This document shows, one piece after another, positions 34,018 through 59,493 of a DNA stretch of 64,000 bases. Each line of letters begins with the position of its first letter. Position 1 is the first letter of the stretch. Both the position numbers and the translations under genes were made by a program. The notes beneath the pieces are model-generated. The model did not search any database. It had not been told where the DNA came from and saw only the letters and a list, made by a program, of their open reading frames with translations. The stretch comes from the human T2T-CHM13v2.0 reference genome, Homo sapiens: NCBI RefSeq assembly GCF_009914755.1, contig NC_060940.1; one strand, given 5' to 3'.

Positions 34018-34305
34018 TGTTATTATGGTAAAATATATTTGACATAAAATTTACTGTTTAACCATTTTAGGTGTACAGTTCAGTGGCATTAAGTACATTC
34101 ACACTGTTGTGCAATCATCACTCCCAACCAGCTCCAGAATTTTTTATCATCCCAAACTGAAACTCTGTACCCTTGAAGCAATAACTCGCCGTGAGCAGCT
34201 CCTCCATCCCCTTGGCCTCTGATAACCACTGTTCTACTTTCTGTCTCTGTGAATTTAACTATTCTAAGTACCTCATATAAGTGGAATCATACAATTGTCA
34301 CATGA
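34018..34305 (-). mobile_element. L1MB-type 3' end inside the NORAD-like copy
   Basis: GGTGTACAGTTCAGTGGCATTAAGTACATTCACACTGTTGTGCAATCATCAC; flanking repeat CCCATCAATTTTTAAAAA at 34000-34017 and 34605-34622. Confidence 0.85.
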
Positions 34306-37185
<2,880 letters not shown>

Positions 37186-37199
37186 CTACACTGCCTCCT

Positions 37200-37750
37200 A
37201 AATCTCCCCGAAGGATGCTGGGCACTTCTTTCTCTTGGCCCGGTGCTGTTAAGTTTTTCTACCGTTTCTGGCTTCCACTGCCAGTACCATGCACGGAAGG
37301 TTGCTAACGGTTTTAACGGTTCTAACAGTCGCTGGGCCGCTCATTTCCCGGCCTGGAAGGCCTTTGTCATTATTGTTCCATCTCAGGGGCACTGAGCGGC
37401 AACTCCAAGTCCCGGATCCGTGCAGCTCGTTGGCCAGTCACTGCTCCACACAGCTTTGCCTTCTGGGCCAGAGGTCTCAATAGGGCCTTCCAGCACCGCC
37501 ATTTTTGTCGCCCTGCCTTGCCCGCCACCGAAAGATTCCACGTCCTAGGTGGCCTGGCGAGTGTTTGCTGCCGTCCAGCCGATATGAGTCGAAGAGTCCA
37601 GACTCGGGGAGGCTACTGGGGCCATCAGGGCGTGGAGCCTGCGGGGTCTGTTGCTTCTAGGCCTGGACTGGGCCAGTGGGTGCAGCCATCCCTGGGCCTC
37701 AGCTGATACAGGTTCCTGGGGCACAGGCCTTGCCCACTCTGGAGCTCTAT
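37200..37750 (-). promoter_or_regulatory. CpG-rich promoter-like 5' segment of the NORAD-like copy, with YY1 and tandem MYB motifs
   Basis: About 25 CpGs in 37200-37650 by manual count. CCGCCATTTT (YY1) at 37496-37505. TAACGG at 37305 and 37314, TAACAG at 37323. Confidence 0.5.
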
Positions 37751-37824
37751 GCAGCAATTTTGTCATTTTTTCTTGTTTTTAATAAACGACAGCAAAAATA
37801 ACACAATCAGGCTGAAGTTACTAG

Positions 37825-38444
<620 letters not shown>

Positions 38445-38579
38445 CACGTTTTCAATTACTCTGAATCCACAGGATCTTAGTCCCTGCACTGAGGAGGTGA
38501 CAGGAAATGATACTTCGCAATCACTAACTACAGAAGTAGTATAATTTTTTTTAAATCATTAAGTCGGGTTCTGTCTTAG

Positions 38580-39243
38580 TGTTAAGAGTCCTCGCCAATG
38601 CACCACAGTGTCTCCTTGCAAAGTATCACCTAGAGTCCTTTGTCTCATGACCAAGAGAATTAAGGACCATGGACACAAAAGGGTGAGGTTGGAGCAAAAG
38701 TTTAATATGCGAAAGAAGAAAGCTCTCCACAGCAGAGACGGGTGAATGGGTTGCCAAGTATAAAGCTGGGTCCAGGGGTTTTTATGGACTGGGAAGGGAA
38801 GAAGTGTGCTGATGGTCTTGGAGAAAGCCCTAGTCAGCTTGCCTGGGACCAATCAGGGGCTGAAGTGATGATTCACAGAGGCTTGGCTCACAGTCCAAAG
38901 CATGTCCAAAACAGGAAAGGAAAGTGCCCACCAGAACCCACTGGAGCCCGCCGCGTACATGCCCCCAAAAGGAGAAGACGCTGTTTCCTGGAAGCCTGCT
39001 GATTATACAAAGGACAAAGGCATTTCTGTGTTGGGTCTTGTTCCCATATCAGTGTATCTGTGGGCATGTCTTAGACACAAAGGACAAAGGCGTTTCTATG
39101 TTGGGCCTTGTTCCTTTATCTGAATGGGCCATAGGTTTGTGCAAGTTTCCTTATCTGTGCCTTTGGCCTGATTTTTCAGGCCGTTTGTCTGTTTAAAGGC
39201 GTTTTACCAAGGACCCACCCTAACTGCTTAACTTTTTCTCTCA
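38580..39243 (-). mobile_element. ERV1 solo LTR (LTR27-like)
   Basis: TG...CA ends; GGACACAAAAGGGTGAGGTTGGAGCAAAAGTTTAAT; internal duplication ACAAAGGACAAAGGC.TTTCT.TGTTGGG. Confidence 0.65.
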
Positions 39244-39589
39244 CTAATTCTTAGATCAGTAAATGTATTTTGTTTTTTAAGTATTTTTATAAATGGTACT
39301 GGCTAGGCAAGGTGGCTCACACCTGTACTCCCAGCACTTTGAGAGGCTGAGGCAGGAGGATTGCTTTAGCCCAAGAGTTCAAGAACTCATAGGCAGTGCA
39401 CCCAGAGTCAGCCTAGAGCAGTATATTTAACATATGTAGGCTGTCTCTTTTCCCATGAGATCACAATGTTGTCTCTACTCTGGAAGCAGTTTACCCTCAA
39501 CCCTGGTGTTTTATTAAGAGTGGAAGGATGTGTCCTGGTAGTGGGATGTCCCATGTTTGTAGTGCAGGACGCTCGACCATCTTCAACTT

Positions 39590-39912
39590 AACAGGCCCAG
39601 TCTGACCAAGGAGGCCCTCTCCTTCTGGAATCTGGGGTTCCAGTTAGTCTAGATGGGTCTCTTGGACAGGGATGTAAATATGGAAGCCTTGAGATTGCAA
39701 TATTCTATCTATTTTATGGATGGAGAAGGCAAGGAAATTGGACTAGGGAAAGAAGCACAGATGAGAGACAGAGTCTGGATGGCTTATCAGTTCTACATTC
39801 CCTTATGCTACCAAAGCCTGGCTGCATTCCTCTATCTTTTAATAAATATCTTTTCCTTTCCTGTGAGCCACTTTGGGTTGTTTTTTGTTACTTGCCAACA
39901 GGCTAACTGGTA
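39590..39912 (+). mobile_element. Old MLT1 (J/K-like) LTR
   Basis: AATAAA...GCCACTTTGGGTTGTTTTTTGTTACTTGC end. Confidence 0.55.
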
Positions 39913-39964
39913 AAGATTCTGTCCTTTTTCCTGGAACAATTTCTCTTTCAGAGAATTTCCCCCA

Positions 39965-40860
<896 letters not shown>

Positions 40861-42290
40861 TGAATTTGTGGTGGTTTCAAAATATGCTCACAAATTCTAA
40901 GATACTCCTCCATTTAAGTGATAAAACTCAATTCCCCAACCCTTTGAATGTGGGATGTTCCAGGTTAAATTGTGCTTTTCTGTCTGAGACCTGCAATCAA
41001 CTATTTCTTCAGGAAGCCATGGTTTCGTGGAGTGGGAAATAACATTTTAACTGAACACTGGGGGAGTTCATAGCCATTAGGTTGGTCATTTTTCCTGGGT
41101 TTTTCAGCATGGAAAGCTAGGAAATACATATTGCTTTTGCTTTCAAAAGAGTAAATAGATCATGAGTTCAGTGTATGAAAGAGTTATTTGGATAAAGGCG
41201 CTTTCCTGATGTAGATGAATGTGAGGTTCCCTATTCTCCTTTTCTCAATTTCCTTTAGAAAGTTTAGTTGTCAACACACCATCCAATGTTTTCTTTTGGT
41301 AATGACTTTTCTGTGTTAGTTGAAAAGGGAAAAATAATTACCCTCTCTTTTTCTAATATAGTTGCTTATCTCTGAATTATTCAAACTAAATCGAGCTGTT
41401 GCATGACCAAAATTGGTATCTTTTTTGGGTTTAGCTAAGTATTTTTGATACCAAAAAGTAAAAAAGAAGCCAGGCACAGTGGGGAGTGCCTGTAATCCCA
41501 GCTACATGGGAGGTTGAGGGAGAATCGCTTGAGCCCCAGAGTTGGAGACTGCAGTGAGCTATGATTGCACCACTGTGCTCTGGATGACAGAGATCCCAAC
41601 TCTTAAAAAAAAAAGAAAAGAAGTTATGCTGAAGAAAAGAACAATAATTTTAAAATACAGTACTGCATAATCCCACTTAGAATAAATTCTAAAACAAGTG
41701 CAACTAATACATTTTAATTGAAAGAAGATGAGTTTTATGGGGTTGGTGATCAGTGGTTGGGGGATGATTGCAAAGGGCATAAGGGAATGTGGGGATGGTG
41801 ATGGAAGTTCATCTTTGGTATGACAATGTCTATACTTCTCCAAACTCATTGTACACTTAAAATATGTGCCTTTTGCTTTATGTAATTTTTACATCCATAA
41901 AGTTGACTTCATTAAAAAAGAAAAAAATTTTGGAATGACTCAAACTTGAACTCATATGATGGAAACAAATATCGAAGCAAAGTCTCACTTTAGTAAAATA
42001 TTTGAAATAATCTAAGCAGAAACGGACCTCAGATACAGAGCCTACTTCTGATGTAAGCATCTTGGAGACTAGCCTTTGATCCCTTTAAGTAAATGGCCAG
42101 GAATATGCTGAGTTTGTTTGTGCTGGCTACTAGACTGATGAGCATCAAGTCATGTCAACGTTTCCCATCAACACATTGCAGACGGGAGACTGATAACAAG
42201 CATATAGTAAACAGGCAGATAGATAACCTAAGTCTATTCCCTCCAGGGAGGGACCATAAATATACAAAATCTCTCCGAAATCTGGAGGGG

Positions 42291-42966
<676 letters not shown>

Positions 42967-43027
42967 AGGGGGAAAAGCAGTGTTCTCCTGCTGGACTCAT
43001 CACTCCACTTGGGCCTTATGTTTGGTA

Positions 43028-44244
<1,217 letters not shown>

Positions 44245-44865
44245 CAGTCATGTGGGGAGTCCAGGGAGCTAGGAACATTGTACCTTTACCCATTTGCGTA
44301 ATTTTCACTCTGTAAATATTTCCATAAACTATGTTATCAAAGACATAGTCTGCAACACCATCTGTGGTGAGGCACCTTTCTTTTTTTTATTTTCTTTTTT
44401 CTGTTTTTTTTTTTTTTTTTTTTTTGGGACAGAGTCTCCCTCTGTCACCCAGACTGGAGTGCAATGGCTCGATCTCAGCTCACTGCAACCTCTGCCCCAC
44501 ACCCCAGGTTTAAGCGATTCTCCTGCCTCAGCCTCTCGAGTAGCTGGTATTATAGGCTCCCACCACCATGCCTGACTAATTTTTGTATTTTTAGTAGAGA
44601 CAGGGTTTCACTACATTGGCCAGGCTGGTCTCAAACTTCTGACCCCAGGTGATCTGCCCACCTCGGCCTCCCAAAGTACTGGGATTACAGTCATGAGCCA
44701 CTGTGCCCAGCCGAGGCGCCTTTCTTTTAACCACATCACTGTGCCTAGCTCTGATACCCATTGATGTGAATTCCCCAAAAGTAAAGCTTTAACAAGAATG
44801 GAGTAATTTTATAGTTCACAGTCTGAATGCATTCTAAGAGTATATAATCTTGTTCTATTTAGTTA

Positions 44866-45580
<715 letters not shown>

Positions 45581-46040
45581 TTCTTGTCTGGAGACATGAG
45601 CACTAGAGAAAATGGAATCAGTGTACTCAAGTTAAAAGCTAAGTTCTTGCTCACATACACAGAAAACAAAGGAAATTAACAGGATTATGTTTTCTTTTCT
45701 TTTTATTTTTTTTTTGAGATGGAGTTTTTTGCTCTTGTCGCCCAGGCTGGAGTGCAAAGGCATGATCTCAGCTCACTGCAACCTTCACCTCCCAGATTCA
45801 AGGAGTAGCTGGGATTACAGGTGCCCATGACCATGCCTGACTAATTTTTGTATTTTTAGTAGAGACGGGATTTCACCATGTTGGCCAGGCTGGTCTCGAA
45901 CTCCTGACCTCATGATCTGCCCGTCTCAGCCTCCCAAAGTGCTGGGATTACAGGAGTGAGCCACCAAGCCTGGTCTGAGGATTATAAAGTTTTCTATACA
46001 AGACTAATTTAACAATTTAATCTGTTAGAGATTGTATTCC

Positions 46041-46071
<31 letters not shown>

Positions 46072-46073
46072 AG

Positions 46074-46277
<204 letters not shown>

Positions 46278-46431
46278 TGACCTCAGGTGATCTGCCCGCC
46301 TCAGCTTCCCAAAGTGTTGGGATTACAGGCATGAGCCACCGCCCCTGGCCACTACAGTTTGTAATCTTGACCGTAGGGTTTGTTTTCTTACAGCTGGTGT
46401 TCATTTCCTTTCCAATTTATTTATTTATTGA

Positions 46432-46731
<300 letters not shown>

Positions 46732-46819
46732 TAAATTCTTATTTTTTGTTTAGAGATAGGTCTTGCAGGCCAGGCACAGTGTGATCTCAGCACTTTGGGA
46801 GGCCAACGTGGGCGAATCA

Positions 46820-47031
<212 letters not shown>

Positions 47032-47570
47032 TCAGGAAAAAAAAAAAAAAAAAAAAGGGATGAGTCTTGCTCTGTCACCCAGACTAGAGTACAGTGGCTT
47101 GATCATAGCTCACTGCAGCCTCAAACTTCTAGGGTCAAGCGATCCTCCCACCTCAGCCTCCCAAGTATCTAGGACCACAGGCATGTGCCACTATAAGTGT
47201 CGAATTAAAAAAAAAAAACATTTTGTAGGACAAGGACAAGGTCTTGCTATGTTGCCAGGCTGATCTTGAACTCCATGCTTCAAGGAATTCTTGCTCTCAA
47301 CCTCCCAAAATGCTGGGATTACAGGCATGAGCCACCATACCTGGCCCTACATACGTTTGTTTCATGTAAAAAATATTTTATTATGTAAGAGTCAAATTAT
47401 GTATTTTCTTTTCTGAATTAGTTATCCATTGCTATGCAACAACCCCAAAACTTCAAACAAAAACCACTTAGCATCTCACAGTTTCTGTGTATCAGGAATG
47501 CAGGTACAGCTTAGGTGGGTGCTTCTCAAGATTGTGCAGGGGGTTCCAGTCGAGCTGTCAACTGTAGTCA

Positions 47571-48117
<547 letters not shown>

Positions 48118-48460
48118 TCACTCACATGGTTGTTGGGCAGCAATTTCTCATGGTGAGCCTTTTTATAGGAAGGCTTACAGGTTTCCAAGAGAACCAGGGA
48201 AGGTTCCCAAGACAGAAGTCACAGACTTGCTGTAACCTAATCTCAGAAATGACATCTGATCATTCCTGCCATATTCTATTTGTTAAAAGCAGTTCAAGGC
48301 TGGGTGCGGTGGCTCACACCTGTAATCCCAGCCCTTTGGGAGGCCAAGGCAGGCAGATCACCTGAGGTCAGGAGTTTGAGACCAGCCTGACCAATATGGA
48401 GAAACCGTCTCTCTGCTAAAAACAAAATGGCCGGCTAATGCCTGTAATCTCAGCTACTCA

Positions 48461-48565
<105 letters not shown>

Positions 48566-48833
48566 TCAAAAAAAAAAAAAAAAAAAAAGGCAGTTCAAGT
48601 TCAACCCATACTCAGTAAGAGGGGAATTAAAAAGGTATGACTCCCAAGTGGGGATCACTGGGAGTCATCTTAGAAGCTATGGACGTTACCCCCAAAGTCT
48701 TCAAGTAAAGTTAACCTTTCATAAAAATGAAATGTGTTTGTGGTTTGGCTAGGAATTTCCCTTGACCTGGCACTGCATATTACTGCATATTCCTACATAT
48801 TCCAGTTTGAGAAGCCCAGTTTATGCCACATGA

Positions 48834-49216
<383 letters not shown>

Positions 49217-50971
49217 CTAAATGCTGGCTGCATATTAGATCTAGCTGAAGAGCTTCTAAAAAAAATGCTGGCTGGTCACTGTAGCTCACGCCTGTAATTC
49301 CAACAGTTTGGGAGGCCAAGAAGAGAGGATTACTTGAGGCCAGGAGTTTGAGATCAGCCTAAGCAACATAGCAAGACTCCATCTCTACAAAAAATAAAAA
49401 TTAGCTGAGGGTGGTGGCATGTGCCTATAGTCCCAGCTACTCATGAAGCTGAGGCCAGAAGATCAGAAGATCACTTCAGCCAAGGAGGTTGAAGCTACAG
49501 TGAGCTATGATTGCACAACTGCATTCCAGCCTGGGTCACAGAGCAAGGCCCTGTCGCAAACAAACAAAAAAAAAATTAAATTAAAAAATAAATAAAAATC
49601 CCAGCTGGGTGCAGTGGCTCATGCTCATAATCCCAGCACCTTAGGAGGCCAAGGAAGGAGGATTGCTTGAGGCCAGGAGTTTAAGACCAGCCTGGACAGT
49701 GCCGTGTGACCTCATCTCTAAAAATTCCCAATACGCAGATCCCCACCCGGACCAATAAAATCTGAATATCTAGTATATAGAACAGATTAGGTGATTACAA
49801 AGAACTGAACAGCTTTGTTGAGGTATAACTGACATACATTAAACTGGATTTGGTGATCTTTTATTTTTGTTTTTGCTTTTCTTGAATTGTGTAATTTTAA
49901 TCTGCAGTCTGAATAGAAAGCCTCTGATCTTGAAGCAGAAAAAGACAAGTTATCCTATTATTATTATGATTTGTCTTTCATTCCATCCATATGATAACAG
50001 AATCCTGGAGAAGTGATAAAAGGTGGAAAGAAGATAAAGGGAAATGGAAACAACAAGGAAAAGAACAAAATCTATTTGAGGTGTAATCATAATATAATAG
50101 AGGGAGTTAAACAGTGCTTCTCAAACTATCTTCAGTGAAAGATCAGTTGGGTTTTTTCCCCCAACCCTTTGCAAACACACTACTTTTGTAAAATACAATA
50201 ACATTTTCTTAGCAATGTTAAATTGCTACTTAGATGCCAAACTCTTATTGTCCCTTTCTGTACTTGTCTCAAAGCAAACCAGTAACATTTTGCAGATTGG
50301 TGCAAGTCTGCAGACCTCACACTGACTAACACTATCTATCCAATCACTGGCTCAATTATTACTTGGTCCTTACTTCAGTGTTGACAAAAAGACTCTTAAG
50401 ATGTGTCTGACACCAGTTTACGTAGCTTAAGGTTACAGGTTAATAGTTATCTCATGAGACATCACAACTTCTCAGGTACAGCTTCTAGGTGATTTTACCA
50501 TATGGGGAATGTTTAATTGCACGAGATAGGGTTGAAGAAGATGCAGACTTACTTTCAATTCAGGAAGGTTTCCCCCCTTCCATTACTTACTTTTTACCCC
50601 TAAAAAGCAGTTTTCATTGAAATATGATATTTTATTGGTTAGCTTTTGCCCCATGTAACAAGCCAGCCCAAAACTTACTGGTTTGAAACTACAAACATGT
50701 ATTAGCTCAAAGTTAGTCAGGCTAGCAATCTGGGAAGGACTCAGCTATGTTGAGCATGGGCTTAATTATTTATTCTTCGTTGCACATGTTCAAATACCAG
50801 GACACTTGACTGGGCAGGGTGAAATGGCTGGGATAATTGAAGCTTCTCTCCGCATGATCTCTCTTTCTCCAGCAAGCTAGCCTGGACTTGTCCACATGGT
50901 GGCAGAACTCCCAAGAGTGGCAAGAGAGAACAAGTCCCACTGCAGAAGCATCTTTCAGGGACCTGCTACAT

Positions 50972-52435
<1,464 letters not shown>

Positions 52436-53133
52436 ATATCTTTTTTATTTATTTGAGACAGGGTCTTGCTCAAGTCCAGACTGGAGTGCAGTGATGAGAT
52501 CATAGCTCACTGCAGCTACAACCTCCAAGGTTTCAGTGATTCTCCCGCCTCAGCCTCCTGAGTAGCCGGGACTACAGCCATGTACCACTAATATTTTTTC
52601 CCTTTTTTTGTAGAAATGGGGTCTCATTGTTGCCTAGGCTGGTCTCAAAATCCTGGGCTCAAATGACCCTCCCTCCTCAGCCTCCCGAAGTGCCGGCATT
52701 ACAAGCGTGAGCCACTGTGCCTGACCAAATTTTTAATATATTTTTGTAGAGAGAGAGTCTCACTATGTTGCCCAGGCTGGTCTTCAGTTCTTGGCCTCAA
52801 ACTATCCTCTTGCCTCAGCCTTCCAAAGTGCTGAAATTACAGGTGTGAGCCACAATGTCTGGCCCATATTCTGGTTATACGCTATTATTGATGGGCATTT
52901 GGGACACGTTCAGTTTCGGGTTATTACACATAGTGCTGCTATGCACATTCTGGTATATGTCATTTGGTTATACACACATAGGCATTTCTGTTGTTACAAA
53001 CTTAGGAGTAGAATGGCTGGGCACAGTGGCTCACGCCCGTAATCCCAACACTTTGGGAGGCCAAGGCGGGCAGATCACAAGGTCAGGAGTTTGAGACCAG
53101 CCTGGCCAATATGGTGAAACCCCATCTCTACTA

Positions 53134-53394
<261 letters not shown>

Positions 53395-53933
53395 TCAAAG
53401 TTTTGACAATACAAACTGTACAATACACCTGGACTTTGTACAATTGGTACAAAGTCAAATTGTACCAATTGCACTCATATCAGCAGCACATGAGAGTCCT
53501 TGGTGTTGCATATTCTCTCCAACACTTGATATTTTTGACCTTGTCATTTTAGCCTATCTAGTAGGTATGTAGTGGATCACACTATGGTTGTAATTTGCAT
53601 TTTCCTAATTCATATGGTTGAACATTTTTGTATTGTTTATCGGCCATTTGGATATCCTCATTTGTAAAGTGTCTGTTCAAAATATGTGTGCTCATTTTTT
53701 TTTTTTTTGGTTGGGTTGCCTATCACTTTTAGTGATTTGTAGGTGTTCTTTATATATTGTGGATATAAATCTACTTTGGGATATATAAATTGCGAATATT
53801 TACTCCCCTTCTGTGGACTACTTTTTTATTCTCCCAGTGGAGTATTTTGATAAGCAGAAGTGCTTATTTTCACCAGACACAGTGGCTTATGCCTGTAATC
53901 CCAGCACTTTGGGAGTCAAAAGTGGGCAGATCA

Positions 53934-54503
<570 letters not shown>

Positions 54504-54745
54504 TGATCCGCTGGCCTCTGCCTCCCAAAGTGCTGGGATTATAGGCATGAGCCACCATGCCTGGCCTGCCTGTGCTTATTTTTAAGGTTGTCCAAATTAT
54601 CCATTTTCCCAGTGAGTGCTTTTTGTGTCCTCTTTAAGAAATGTTTGCCTAATTTGGTTATAAAAATGCTCTTAACATTTTCCTATAAAAAATTTATTAT
54701 CTTACCTTTAACAGTTGAAGCAAACTGGAATTATCAGGAATTAAG

Positions 54746-54774
54746 TGTGTGTGTGTGTGTGTGCGTGTGTGTGT
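54746..54774. repeat. (TG)n microsatellite
   Basis: Directly visible. Confidence 0.9.
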
Positions 54775-56156
54775 AACATGAGACAGAGGGCAAAATATGT
54801 TTTTTTTTTTCAAAGGAATGGCCACTTGACCCAGCACCACTTAGTATTAAAAAAAAAAGTTTCCATATAGGATTGCAATATCACTTATTTATGGATATAG
54901 CATGTTATCTACTATCTTCTTTAATATCTCTTAATAATGTTTTGTCATTTTCCGTATGGAAGTATTGCACATTTTTTCCTTAGAGTTACACTTATGTATG
55001 ATATATTTTCATGCTATTGGAAATAGTACTACTTTAAAGTTTTCATTTATTAATTGTGATATATACAAACACAATTGATTTTTGTATATTGGCTTTGTAT
55101 CTGGCAATCTTATTAAATTCATTTATTAATAATGTGTCAGTGGATTTTTGGGGGGATTTTAATATACACAATTTTGCCATTTGCAAAAAATCAGGCTTTG
55201 TTTCTTTGTTTTGAGACAGGGTCTTGCTCTGTTGCTCAGGCTGGAGTGCACTAGTGAAATGACGGCTCACTGCAGCCTTGACCTCCTGGGCTCAAGTGAT
55301 CCTACCACTTCCGCCTTTCCAGTATCTGGGACTACAGGCACATATCAGCATGCCCAGCCTTTTTTTTTTTTTTTTTTTGCTAGTTTTGTGGAGGTAGGGT
55401 CTCACTATACTGCCCAGGCTGGTCTCAAACTCCTGTTCCTCAAGTGATCCTCCTGCTTTAGCCTCCCAAAGTGCTAGGATTACAGGTGTGGTCTACCATG
55501 CCTACCATATGGTATATTACAGACAATATTCCATGTATATGGGAGAATTGTATGTTTTCCTGTTTTCAGGTAGAATGTTCTCCATTTATCTCTTAGGTCT
55601 GGTTAGTGTATACTATTGTTCAAGTTTTCTACCTTCTATTTGGTCTTATGCCTAGTGGTTCTATGCATTATTGAAAGTGGGGTATTGAAGTCTCCATGAT
55701 AATTTTAGAATTGTCTAGTTTTTCCTTCATTTCTGTCAGGTTTTGCATCATACATTTTTGAACTCAGTTGTTAGGTGCATATATGTTTATAATTGCTATA
55801 TTTTCTTTATGGGTTGACCCTTTTATCAGTATATAATGCCTATCTTTGACTCGTGCAAAATCTACTTTGTCTGATATTAAGATAGCCACTCTGTCTTTTT
55901 GTTACTATTTACATAGAATATCTATTTTTATCTTTTCACTTTCAACCTACTTATATCTTTGCATTTAAAGTAAATCTCTTATGGAAGATACATAGTAGGA
56001 TTGTGTTTATTTTTTAAATCCATTCTGTCAATCCAACTCTGCTTTTAATTGGAGACTTTATTCTATTCACATTTAAAGTAATTGCTGATATGGAAGGACT
56101 TACTTGTCACTTTTCTATTTGGTTTTTCTGTCTTTTTTTGTTTTAATTGGAGATGA

Positions 56157-56255
<99 letters not shown>

Positions 56256-56494
56256 TGAGTAGCTGGGATTACAGGCATCCACCAACATGCCCAGCTAATT
56301 TTTGTATTTTTAGTAGAAACAGTGTTTCACTATGTTGGCCATCGTGGCCTCAAACTCCTGACTTCAACTGATCTGCCTGCCTTGGACTCCCAAACTGCTG
56401 GGATTACAGGTATGAGCCACCACGCCTGGCCTCTCCATGTCTTTTTTTGATGTTGTTCCTCAATTCTTCCATTACCTTTTTCTTTTGTGTTTAA

Positions 56495-56872
<378 letters not shown>

Positions 56873-56923
56873 TAAAAATTTATTTTCTTAGTGGTTACCT
56901 GAAGATTACAACTAGATTCTTAA

Positions 56924-57355
<432 letters not shown>

Positions 57356-57425
57356 TAACATAGACTTATTTTTGTATGTTTAAAATCACACAGAAATAAA
57401 ATAAGGGGCAATCAACCAAAAATAA

Positions 57426-57789
<364 letters not shown>

Positions 57790-58902
57790 TGATCCACCCA
57801 CCTCGGCCTCCCAAAGTGCTGGGATTATAGGTGTGAGCCACTGCACCCAGCCCAAAGGAGTCTTTTTAGCATTTTTTGTAGGACAGGTTTGCTAGTTACG
57901 TATTTCTTCAGCTTTTGTTTATCTGGCAATGTCCTATTTTCTTCTTCATTTTTGAAGGCTAGTTTTGCCAGGTATCGAATTCCTGGTTGACAGTGTGGTT
58001 GTTTATTTTTTTTCCTTTGTTTTTGTTTTGTTTTTTCTTTCAGCACTTTAAATTTGTCATCCCACTGTCTTCTGACCTCCTTGGTTTCTGCTGAGAAATT
58101 GGCTGTTGATCTTTTGGAGGATCCCCTTTACCTGACAGAGTGCCTCTCTCTTGCTGCTTTCAAGATTCTCTCTGTATCTTTGGTATTTGACAGTTTGATG
58201 ATATAACATGTTAGTGTGGAGCCCTTTGCATTTACCTTTCTTGGAGCTCTTTGTCTCTGCTTTAGCATTCAGTTCCTTTTTTCTCTAACAATCAGCCAGA
58301 GTTAAAATCATAGGGTAGGATCTTCTCAGGTCTTTTATGAATATTAATCATGCTGCGGGCAAGGCCATGGCTTTCAATATTCCCCAGGATTCATTGTTGG
58401 TGTTTACTGCCCTAATTATTCGGTGAATCCCAATCATGAGCTTTTCTTCCAAGGCATTTAGTGTATCTTTTTTTTTTTTTTTTGCTTAACTGTAATATTT
58501 TGCCTCATGTGGCAGCAGGTTGTTCATTTGTCTTTCAGTGTTTATAAGGAATGTCTTCCAAATAGCCATGTTTCTGCCCTGAGAGTTGTTTGAGTTGTTT
58601 TTTGTTTTTCTTTTTTTAAGATGGAGTCTCGTTCTGTCTCCCAGGCTAGAGTGCAGTGGCATGTTCTTGGCTCACTGCAACCCCTGCTTCCTTGGTTCAA
58701 GCGATCCTCCTGCCCCAGCTTTCTGAGTAGCTGGGATTACAAGCGTGCGCCACCATGCCCGGCTCATTTTCATGTTTTTAGTAGAGACGGGGTTTCACCA
58801 TGTTGGCCAACTGATCTCTAACTCCTGATCTCAAATGATCCGCCTACCTCAGCCTCCCAAAACGCTGGAATTATAGGTGTGGGCCACCGTGCCTGGCCTA
58901 TT

Positions 58903-59493
58903 GCTGTAGTCTTGAGTCGGAAATTTGTTGGGCAGGATTGCAAGCTAGAAACTCAGACAGGATTTCTTTGTCTTGCTTTGTTGCCCAGGCTGGAGTACAG
59001 CGGTGCTACAATGGCTCACTACAGCTTCAACTTCCTGGGCTCAAGAGATCCTCCCACCTCAGCTTTCCAAGTAGCTGGGACTACAGGTGTAAGCCACCAA
59101 GTCCAGATAATTTTTTTATTTTTATTTTTGTAGAGATGGGGTCTCAGTTCAGCCCAGGCTGGTCTCAAACGCCTGGACTCAAGCCATCCTCCTATCTCCT
59201 CCTCCCAAAGTATTGAGATTATAGGCATGAGCCATTGTGCCTGGTCTGAGGCAGGATTTCTATGTTAGTTTTGTGGCATAATTCCTTCTCTGGGAAGCCC
59301 GTTTTTTCTCTTAACATCTTGGACTAATTGGATTAGGCTCACACACATTATTTAAGGTAATTTACTTAAAGTCAATTGATTATAGATGTCAATCACATCT
59401 ACAGAATATTTTCACAATGATATCTAGACTTATGTTTCAAACAACTGGGTATCATAGTCTTGCTAAGTTACCACATAAAATTTAACCATCACA
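58903..59493 (-). mobile_element. MLT2D-like ERVL LTR with an AluJ (58970-59245)
   Basis: AATTGGATTAGGCTCACACACATTAT...CACATAAAATTTAACCATCACA. Confidence 0.7.

Noticed and set aside
50540-50610. Possible 46-nt minus-strand exon (TTTTAG...AAA|GTAAGT)
   Set aside because: Stops in all three frames and no partner exons; could be chance.
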